Shown here one piece after another: positions 55,933 to 64,000 of a DNA stretch of 64,000 nucleotides (the first letter of the stretch is position 1; each line of letters starts with the position of its first letter). This DNA is from an uncultured Planctomycetota bacterium (GTDB taxonomy: Bacteria > Planctomycetota > Planctomycetia > Isosphaerales > Isosphaeraceae), in assembly GCA_963823665.1 (NCBI GenBank), contig CAWGMQ010000005.1, positions 352,001-416,000 on the forward strand, given 5' to 3'. The notes under the pieces are model-generated. The model was not told the DNA's origin, made no database searches, and saw nothing but the letters and a program-made list of their open reading frames with translations. The translations under genes were made by a program, and so were the position numbers.

Positions 55933-58557
55933 GTGGAACCGCAATTGAAGAATCTGAGCGACATCGACGGCGACTCCAGCGAAACCGCCGTGCGGAATGG
56001 GGGCGCGGCCGAATCAACGTCACCCCGGACACGAACGAAGCCCGAGCTGCTGGCGCCGGCAGGCGACATGTCGTGCATGATCGCCGCGATCGAAAATGGC
56101 GCGGATGCGATCTATTTCGGGCTCGAGCGGCATAACGCTCGGATTCGTGCTTCCAACTTTGAAGGCGCGCAACTGCACGACGTCATGGCCTTGTTGCACC
56201 GGCGCGGGGTGCGCGGCTACGTCACTCTGAACACCCTCGTGTTTCCTCGCGAGCTTGCCGAGCTCGAGGCTGCCGTGCGCGACCTGGCGACGGCGGGCGT
56301 CGACGCCGTGATCGTGCAGGACCTTGGCCTGGTCAGGCTGATCCGGGCCGTCACTGAAGACCTGGAGATTCACGCCTCGACCCAGATGTCGATTACGAGC
56401 GAGGCGGGCGTCGCACTTGCGCGCGAGCTGGGTTGTTCACGAGTGATTCTCGCCCGCGAGCTGGCCTTGCCCGAGATCAACCGCATTCTCGAGGCGATCG
56501 ACTTCCCGGTCGAGGTCTTCGTTCACGGTGCGCTCTGCGTGGCTTATTCCGGACAGTGCCTGACCAGCGAGGCCTTGGGCGGCCGGTCGGCAAATCGAGG
56601 TGAATGCGCGCAGGCCTGTCGCATGCCGTACCAGATCATCAGCGACGGCCAGCTCGTCGATCTCGAGAACATTCAATACCTCCTGAGCCCGCAGGACCTG
56701 GCGGCTTACGAGCTGGTGCCTCAACTGATCGAAATGGGCGTGACCTCATTCAAGATCGAGGGGCGCCTCAAGACCGCGGAGTACGTCGCCAACATCACGC
56801 GCCACTACCGGACGGCCATCGATCAAGCCTGGGCGGGCCGGCCTGTCTCGTTCACGCCGCGGGACGTGCAGGAGATGCAGCTCTCCTTCTCGCGGGGCTT
56901 CTCGCACGGCTTCCTGGACGGTACGAACCACAAGGTGCTCGTGCGCGGCGACCATGCCAAGAAGCGCGGGATCTTGCTCGGCGAGGTGGAATCGATCACC
57001 CGGACGGGTGTTCAACTCACGGCCGAAGTTCCCATCAAACCCGGTGACGGCGTCGTCTTCGACGGCGACGAATCGACCGTCCGAGCCGAACAGGGCGGGC
57101 GCGTCTATCAGGTCGTTTGCGCCGGGCCGCACGGAAGATCGCTCGCGCCCGATGCCGATGCCGGTCCGGGCGAGACGGGTGCGCTCGAGCTGCGATTCGG
57201 GCGCGGCGATATCGACCTGCTCGCGCTCGAGCAGGGCCAGCGGGTCTGGAAGACCGACGACCCCGAGCTGAGCCGCCGGCTGCGGCGGTCGTTCGAAGGA
57301 CCACCCTCGCGCACGGTCGGGCTCGACATCGAAGTTCACGCCGTGACGGGCGAACCGCTTTCCATCGTGGGTCGCACATCGATCGGGGGCCACGCCAGCG
57401 CCCGGTGTGACGCGCCACTGGCGGCGGCCCAGACCAGCCCGGCCGACCGTGCATTGTTCCAGGAGCAACTCGGACGGCTTGGGGGCACGATCTATGAGCT
57501 GCGCGGTCTGACAGCGACGATTGCGGGGGGACCGATGGTCCCCAAAAGCCTGCTGAACCAGTTGCGCCGGGAGCTGGTCGCCCAGCTCGATGGAGCGGCG
57601 GTCGGGCCGGCTCACACCATATCGCCGGCTCCGGCCTTACCGCGGCTGCTGGAGCCGATCCTGGCCGAGCGCGCTCGCCAGATCCACTCGGAAAAGCATG
57701 ATCAAGCGGCAATCGAGCTCGCCGTCCTGTGCCGTCGGACGGAGCAGATCGAGGCAGCCCTTGGGCTGGGTATCTCCACGATCTATGCCGATTATCAGGA
57801 CATCAAGCAATACGCGGCGGCGATTGACACGATGCGGCGCGGTGGGCACGGCGGCCGGAAGATTTACCTGGCCACGCCGCGCATCGAAAAGCCGGGCGAG
57901 TCGAATATCTTCACCCACCTGGCTCGCCAGGGCGCTGACGGAATGCTCGTGCGCAACGCCGGTGGCCTGCGCTACTGCATCGAGCATGAAATCCCGTTCG
58001 TGGCCGACTTCTCGCTCAACGCAGCCAATCCTCTCTCGGTCGAGCTGCTCAAGTCCCGGGGCGCACTGCGCGTGACGGCATCCTACGACCTGAGCGCCGA
58101 CCAGCTTTTCGACTTGCTCGATGCGACGCCGCCCGAGTGGCTGGAGATCGTCATCCATCAGCAGGTTCCCATGTTTCACATGGAGCACTGTGTCTTCTGT
58201 GCGTTCCTTTCGCCGGGAACGGATGCGACCAATTGCGGGCGCCCCTGCGACACCCACGATGTGAAGCTGCGCGACCGGGTGGGCGCGGAGCATCCGCTCA
58301 AGGCGGACGTGGGATGCAGGAACACGCTGTATAACGCCGTGCCCCAGACAACGGCCGAGTATCTGCCGCGCTTGAAGAAACACGGCGCGAGATTCGCGCG
58401 GGTCGAGCTACTCGATGATGAGCCAGAAGCGGTGAAGCGAGTGATCACGCTTTATCAGGAAGTGATCGCCGGCCGCCGCGACGGCAAGTCACTCTGGCGC
58501 GAGCTGAAGGGGACGAATCAGTATGGGGTTACTCGCGGAGCGCTGGCGGTGTTGTGA
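55933..58557 (+). CDS. U32 family Fe-S protein with DUF3656 (RlhA-like 23S rRNA hydroxylation)
   Basis: PELLAPAG, GADAIYFG, HASTQM, HGALCVAYSGQC, SANRGECAQACR, FKIEGRLK; second Cys-rich U32-like C-terminal domain. Confidence 0.88.
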   Translation: MEPQLKNLSDIDGDSSETAVRNGGAAESTSPRTRTKPELLAPAGDMSCMIAAIENGADAIYFGLERHNARIRASNFEGAQLHDVMALLHRRGVRGYVTLNTLVFPRELAELEAAVRDLATAGVDAVIVQDLGLVRLIRAVTEDLEIHASTQMSITSEAGVALARELGCSRVILARELALPEINRILEAIDFPVEVFVHGALCVAYSGQCLTSEALGGRSANRGECAQACRMPYQIISDGQLVDLENIQYLLSPQDLAAYELVPQLIEMGVTSFKIEGRLKTAEYVANITRHYRTAIDQAWAGRPVSFTPRDVQEMQLSFSRGFSHGFLDGTNHKVLVRGDHAKKRGILLGEVESITRTGVQLTAEVPIKPGDGVVFDGDESTVRAEQGGRVYQVVCAGPHGRSLAPDADAGPGETGALELRFGRGDIDLLALEQGQRVWKTDDPELSRRLRRSFEGPPSRTVGLDIEVHAVTGEPLSIVGRTSIGGHASARCDAPLAAAQTSPADRALFQEQLGRLGGTIYELRGLTATIAGGPMVPKSLLNQLRRELVAQLDGAAVGPAHTISPAPALPRLLEPILAERARQIHSEKHDQAAIELAVLCRRTEQIEAALGLGISTIYADYQDIKQYAAAIDTMRRGGHGGRKIYLATPRIEKPGESNIFTHLARQGADGMLVRNAGGLRYCIEHEIPFVADFSLNAANPLSVELLKSRGALRVTASYDLSADQLFDLLDATPPEWLEIVIHQQVPMFHMEHCVFCAFLSPGTDATNCGRPCDTHDVKLRDRVGAEHPLKADVGCRNTLYNAVPQTTAEYLPRLKKHGARFARVELLDDEPEAVKRVITLYQEVIAGRRDGKSLWRELKGTNQYGVTRGALAVL

Positions 58558-58589
58558 ATCGACAAAAGGAACTGTTCGAGACGACCCTC

Positions 58590-58814
58590 ATGATCAAAAC
58601 TTTGACTCCCATCGGCGACGGACTGGGATTTGTCATCGATCGATCCCTCCTCGATGAGCTTCACATCGGTCGTGATACGCCGTTGCGCATCACGTCCGAT
58701 GGGAAGGGATTCTACGTCGAGCCGCTTCCAGCGGAAGAGCGAAGCAAATTCGTCGAAGCCGGGCTACGGATGATGGATGTACACGAAGAAGCCTTTCGCA
58801 GGCTCGCCGAATGA
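58590..58814 (+). CDS. AbrB/MazE-type antitoxin
   Basis: MIKTLTPIGDGLGFVIDRSLLDELHI..AFRRLAE; ATGA overlap with the Doc-type gene. Confidence 0.8.
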   Translation: MIKTLTPIGDGLGFVIDRSLLDELHIGRDTPLRITSDGKGFYVEPLPAEERSKFVEAGLRMMDVHEEAFRRLAE

Positions 58815-59200
58815 ATGTCGTTTTCCCGTCGCTTGCGGACGTCCTGGAACTTCATTCTGCGGCGCTGGAACGTCACGGAGGAGCGGAGGGCGTACGCGAT
58901 GCCCATTTGTTGGAATCAGCACTGGCCCAGCCGATCGCGACTTTTGGCGGGCAGCTTCTACACGCGGACCTGTTCCTCATGGCAGCCGCTTATCTATTTC
59001 ATCTGGTGAAGAACCATCCGTTCGTGGATGGAAACAAGAGGACCGGATTGGCCGCGGCGTTGGCATTCCTCGATGTGAACGGCGTGACGATCGATCGCGG
59101 AACAGACGAGCTTTTCGAGATGACGATCGGCGTTGCTGAAGGACGCTTGACGAAAGACGACATCGCCGTGATTCTCCGCCGGCTGGCACACGTGGCTTAG
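58811..59200 (+). CDS. doc: Doc (death-on-curing) family Fic-fold toxin
   Basis: HGGAEGVRD, LLESALAQP, NHPFVDGNKRTG. Confidence 0.92.
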   Translation: MNVVFPSLADVLELHSAALERHGGAEGVRDAHLLESALAQPIATFGGQLLHADLFLMAAAYLFHLVKNHPFVDGNKRTGLAAALAFLDVNGVTIDRGTDELFEMTIGVAEGRLTKDDIAVILRRLAHVA

Positions 59201-59293
59201 GAGACTCTAAGCCCCCCGCGAGTTGAGCATTGTACGTCTAGGGCGAGCGATGATACGACCGCGCGCCTCCGCGACAGGAACAGCCGCGAAGGC

Positions 59294-61805
59294 CTATCGT
59301 TGCGGCTCGTAACAGGCCGGATCGCTCGAACTGTGCCCCGCGCGGACCGTCACGCAAGGGCTTTCTTCGATCGCGAAGCGGTGGTGGCACGAGGGGCAGG
59401 CCAGGGTGGGTCGGAGCCAGAGACTCTCGAGCTGCTCGCCGCAGGTCGGGCAGGTCACAAGGAGCGACTCGCCGAGCCGCCGGTCGACGAACGGCCGCCA
59501 GTGCCGGGAATCTTCCCGGCTCGCCATGAATTTGAGCATCTGACGGCCATCCGACGTCAAGTACCACGTCTCGCCGGCGTTGTGGATCCACCCGGCGTCT
59601 TTTGCTTTGGTGACCGCCAGACGGCCCGGATCGAGTGCATCGATGCCCACATCGGGAAACTGGCCGCCCGCTTCGAGGAGCCGGAACAAGAGCGAGTGCG
59701 TCCGGATCCACTCCAGCTCATCGGGGCCAAGCGCCTGCAAGCGGCGGACGATCACGGCAGCCAGCGGGCCACTGAGTGTCGGTTCTGCCGCGAGCGCCTC
59801 CAGGACGGAAAGCGGCAGCTCGGGTAAAGCCGGCATGGGCGCTTTGGAGCGAGATCGAACGGCCCAGAGCAGGCCGATTGCGGCCGCGCCGACCAACGTG
59901 CCCCAGAGCCATTCCCACGGAGATGGTCCGCCCGGCAATTGAGGTGACGTGCGTCCGGAAGAAGACGATTTCACGTCGACAAGGTCTGGGCGCGCCGCGG
60001 GCGGCGCGGTGCCCTGCGGTGCGACCGAGCGCCAAGCGCCCAGAGACGCACCAAGTCGTCGGCGCCGCGGGGCATGTTGGCGTGGCTCTCGTCCTCGGTG
60101 ACGAGGGAAAGCATCGGCGCCAAGGCGAAGAGTGCCACGCCGTCGCTGCCGGAGCGCATCGAGTCGAGCAGGCGCCCGAACTCGCCCAGGCTCATCGGCG
60201 AATGCGATCGATCCTCGTACGCCTGAATACCATGCCAGACGGGCGTGAAGCCAGACCGCCAGCGGGCCGAGATCTGGACGGCCCGCACCCAGTTTACGGG
60301 CTCGCATTCGAGCTGGTGGTAGGCCATGGGCGCGACGAAGTCGAGCAGCGGCGCCAGCTTGCGGTAGCTCTGGCCGTAGAGCTCCACCCCGTCGAAGTTG
60401 ATCGCCCCTTCAGGCTTCAAGGCCGCCGAGACGATCACCCCCTCCTGCCATTTGCGAATCGCCGTGGCAAATTCCTCGGTCAGGTCGTGAATCAAGTCGG
60501 CGCGGTAATCGAACCAGACGGCCTGGGTGTCGCACTGGTCGATCAGCTCCAGACCGAAAGGCCAGTTGACCGACGCCCTGCGCGACAGCTCGTTCCGGCA
60601 CGCCGGGCAGTGGCAAACATCTGCGCTTGGGAAGCGAATGTGATCGAAGTGGATCCCGTCGACGCCGTAATTCTCGAGCAGGTTCTTGAACGTGGCCAGG
60701 AATTCCTTCCGCCATGCGGCATTGGTCGGGCACACCCATTGGTCGGAGCGCACACCGTTTGAGTCGACCATGCCCCATTCCGGATGTGTCTTCAGTCTCT
60801 GCGGGTCGAAGCAGATCGGGAACCAGGCGTGAACGCGCATGCCGGCGCGGTGGGCCTCGTCGATCATGCCCTTGAAGAACGCATCGTTTTCCCGGCCCGC
60901 GCCGAAAAGCGCACCAGCGTATGAATCATACGCCTTGACCAGCAGGTCCGTCAGGCCGATGCGCCGCGCCGGGCCCACCAGGTCTTCCGGGTCGTAAACC
61001 GTCGCATCCACGTCGACCCATGCCGCACGGCGCACGACCGGCACATTCTCCGCTTCGCGCAGCCATTCGCGGAAACACGTCCAGTCTGCTCCGGCCTCCT
61101 CGAGGTGGTCGAACAGTTTCTTGAAGACGGCCGCGTGAGCGGCCGCCACATGGGGGTGCAGCAGAATCACGAGCGGGCGGCCGGACATACGATGCTCGTT
61201 GTAGAGCTTGAGGAGAAAGCCGACGACTTCGTCGTCGCTCAAGTGATTGCCGTCGAGCAGGTTGTAATCGCCGGCGACGGTGACGCGCCCCTTGAACAAG
61301 CCATCGGAGATCGGGAATTCGAGCAGCGACGCATCGCTGTTGTCGCCATGGTTGCTTTCCCACGCGGACGACTGATAGCGAAAGCCAAGCTGGACCAGGG
61401 CTTCGCGAGTCGCGTCGTTCGATTCCAGATAGGCGCGCGGAAGCCGAGCGGAAAGATACCCGTTGCCCTGCGGACGGCTTCCGCCGAGTCACGAATCTCG
61501 GCGAACTGCTTGGCCGCGTCGAGCGCCAGCATGTGCGGATGGGTCATTGTATGGCAGGCGATTTCATGCCGCTGCGCCCACTGCTTGACATGGTCTGGGT
61601 GGGCCTGCGCGAATTCCCCGGTCACGAAGATCGTACACGAGCCCGGCGGGTTGAGGGCATTGAGCGCCGCAATGTCGGCCTCGATCTCGACGTCAAATGT
61701 CACGAGGACGGGACACTTCCGGGCGGGCTCGCCGGCCCCGGCCACGGGGTGGCCGACGATGAGCGCGAGGGAGAAGACCAGAAGGAATCGCCGGTCGTTA
61801 ATCAT
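59294..61805 (-). CDS. Polysaccharide deacetylase + GHL10-like glycoside hydrolase + TM + cytoplasmic Zn-ribbon domain (frameshifts near 61432 and about 60030; last part may be a separate coupled gene)
   Basis: Signal peptide; TFDVE, HTMTHP, GFRAP(Y), LLHP (CE4/NodB); GMRVHAWF, YGVDGIHFDHIRF, CHCPAC (GHL10); WLWGTLVGAAAIGLLWAV TM; CPTC..CPSC. Confidence 0.72.
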
Positions 61806-61949
61806 GCCAGGTCTTGGGACGATCACCTCGACCCTCTAGCGCGAAACGGCAGTCTCGCTCATCCGCGCGCGGTGGAATCGCCCGCTGAAAGGACTAACGG
61901 ATCGACCCCGTTCAAATTCGCGCGAAAACCTGGGGACATGACCCGAATC

Positions 61950-64000
61950 TTATTGAGAATCTGGGAAAGGACGGCCAGCTCCGCGATCGAGGGGGGCTGT
62001 GGCGAGTGTCGGATCGAGCGAGACAGCGCGGGTGTAGTTGCGCTCAGCATCGGCAGTGTGACCCAGGGCGGCATGGGCGAGCGCGCAGTTGTAGAAGCAC
62101 TCGGCGCGATCAGGAGCAAGTGCGATGCAGATCCGAAACGCGCTCAAGGCGTCATCGTAGCGGTTGAGGCGGAAGGCGCAGACGCCTTGATGAAAGTTCG
62201 GCCAGAAGTCCTGCGGCTGGAGGGCGAGGGCCTGCTCGAATGCTTTCTCAGCCTGCGCGAGGTCGCCGGTTGCGAGCAGGAAGCGGCCCGCAGCGGCGTG
62301 CTCCCAGGCGGTTCGAGGCTTGAGGCGGGCAGCGCAGTCGCCCGCGGCATCGGCGAGGCTCGAGAGGCCGAGTGCTTCAGCGTGCGCCTGCCGCGCACGG
62401 TGAAGAATGTGGCTCTCTGCGAGCAAAGCCTCGGCTTCATCGAGAAGCTCGAGTCCTGCCCGATGGGCCACGCGCGTGAGCTCCGGGTCGCTCTCCAGGC
62501 GCACGCGAAGGTTCGACCGGATGATCGCCATTTCGAGCAGGTCGTCACGGAGCCGCTGCTCGAGCGCTGGTTCGAGAGGCGTTCCTGGTTGCTCGAGGAG
62601 CGAGCGGCGCGCATCCCAGAGTGCCCGGCAATGCCGCTCGAATTCGTTCGCGGGGAAGACAGGATTGTTGACGGCCGCTTCGGCGAATCGGAGGCGATCG
62701 ACCAGGCGATGGAGGCGGTCGGCGTTCTCCGAGCGGTCGGCCAGGCGGAGCGCCGCGGCTAGATCTCGCGATATCCTCTCGCTGCCGGGGAGGCCCTCGA
62801 CCAGGGCCGCGCCGCGAGTGAGCGAGCGAGCTGCCTCGGGATAGTCGCGGCGATGCAGCAGGAGCGTGCCTTCCTCTAACGCCCGCGCCGCGCCCTGGAA
62901 GCGTGGCTGGAGGAAGACGGCCCAGACGATGGTGGCGATGATCACGGCAGCGCACGCCGCAACGAGCAGAGTCTTCATCCGGAACAGTTCGTAAGGCTGG
63001 CGTCGGCACCACTTCCGCCATCGCTCGGCCAGGCTCCGGCTCGAAACGCCGCGCAGGGGCTGGTCGGCCATATGTCGCCTCAGGTCATCGGCGAGCGCGG
63101 CGGCGTCGGGATAGCGACCGTTCGGGTCGATCGAGAGGCACTTACGGATCAGCTCTGCGAGCTCAGGCGGCACGCCGGGCGAGAACCGCCAGGATTGGGG
63201 CGGCTGCACTCCCTCGGCCGGAACAGCCTCTGCGCCGAGCATCAAGGCGAAGACACGCCCCAGCGAGTAGAGATCGGATCGGGCGTCGACCGCTGCGGGG
63301 ATCGTCCGTCCCGAACGGATCGCCGCGACCGCGGACGCCTGTTCCGGCGACATGTAGCCGGGCGTGCCCCCCAGCCCATCGGCGTGGGGTAGAGCGATAG
63401 GGATGGGTTCTCTGGCGAGGTGGAAGTCGAGGAGCATCGGCTGGCCGTCTGCCGTCACGAGGATATTGGACGGCTTGACGTCCATGTGCACTAAACCGCG
63501 CTCATGGGCATACTGAAGCGCGTCGGCCAGCGAGGCGACGGTCCAGCAGACCGCCCGGACATATGAAGTTTGTGCCAGGAACCGCCGCGCCGGGCTCGAG
63601 GCGCACTGCGGCCAGGGGCGTGCCTGCTGCTCCTGGTCGAGGACATCGAGCAGCGACTGTCCGCACCGGCGGTCTGCCGGCACGGTCTTGAGCCCCGTGA
63701 GGATCCGAGCGAGGGTCGTCCCGCCGAGATAGGGCATGCAAAGAGCACGGAGCCGCCTGGAGGGAAACTCATGCTCACTGTAAAGCGGCATGATGTGGGT
63801 GTGCTGCAGTCGTGCCAGGCAGAGGTGCTCGACATGATCGTCCGATGTGACCTTGAGGACGATCTGGCGATAGGAGAGCGATGGTTGAGCCGCCAGGAAA
63901 CAGCGCCCGCGCGCGCCCCGGCCGAGCTCGACCAGGAGGAGGAAGTCGCCCAGGGTTTCGCCGGCCTCCGGGAAGTCGGGCGGGCCGGGTACGGCGCCCA
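61950..64000 (-). CDS. Ser/Thr protein kinase with TM and TPR repeats (5' end outside the window)
   Basis: LGRGARGRCF, VLK, HMDVKPSN, LLDFHLA, GTPGYMSPEQ; C-terminal TPRs; frame open to the window edge. Confidence 0.9.
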   Translation of the reverse strand, partial: GAVPGPPDFPEAGETLGDFLLLVELGRGARGRCFLAAQPSLSYRQIVLKVTSDDHVEHLCLARLQHTHIMPLYSEHEFPSRRLRALCMPYLGGTTLARILTGLKTVPADRRCGQSLLDVLDQEQQARPWPQCASSPARRFLAQTSYVRAVCWTVASLADALQYAHERGLVHMDVKPSNILVTADGQPMLLDFHLAREPIPIALPHADGLGGTPGYMSPEQASAVAAIRSGRTIPAAVDARSDLYSLGRVFALMLGAEAVPAEGVQPPQSWRFSPGVPPELAELIRKCLSIDPNGRYPDAAALADDLRRHMADQPLRGVSSRSLAERWRKWCRRQPYELFRMKTLLVAACAAVIIATIVWAVFLQPRFQGAARALEEGTLLLHRRDYPEAARSLTRGAALVEGLPGSERISRDLAAALRLADRSENADRLHRLVDRLRFAEAAVNNPVFPANEFERHCRALWDARRSLLEQPGTPLEPALEQRLRDDLLEMAIIRSNLRVRLESDPELTRVAHRAGLELLDEAEALLAESHILHRARQAHAEALGLSSLADAAGDCAARLKPRTAWEHAAAGRFLLATGDLAQAEKAFEQALALQPQDFWPNFHQGVCAFRLNRYDDALSAFRICIALAPDRAECFYNCALAHAALGHTADAERNYTRAVSLDPTLATAPLDRGAGRPFPDSQ

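Overview
High-GC bacterial chromosomal window, most consistent with Planctomycetota (Isosphaeraceae-like). Supporting traits: a PVC-type heme-binding dehydrogenase, ECF sigma factors with long periplasmic extensions, a BlaI/M56 pair, DUF1559, 'LExLExRxLL' extracellular proteins, a sulfatase and Ser/Thr kinases. Housekeeping anchors are rpe, asnS and a U32/RlhA-like gene. About 14 single-site frameshifts split otherwise intact genes, mostly at (CG)n or homopolymer tracts, and are probably long-read consensus errors. I saw no rRNA, tRNA, CRISPR array, integrase or transposase. Most interesting: (1) a three-gene island convergent on asnS with an XRE regulator (own sigma70 promoter and operator), a PD-(D/E)xK-like nuclease candidate carrying an in-frame TAA, and a coupled helical/OB-like partner; (2) a translationally coupled pair of divergent Pol-beta/RlaP-type nucleotidyltransferases; (3) a deacetylase + GHL10 hydrolase apparently linked through a TM helix to a cytoplasmic Zn-ribbon domain; (4) a pseudokinase-kinase-pseudocyclase protein; (5) GTAG-type REP elements that supply or abut stop codons. 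All family calls come from motif recognition by eye; no database search was run.
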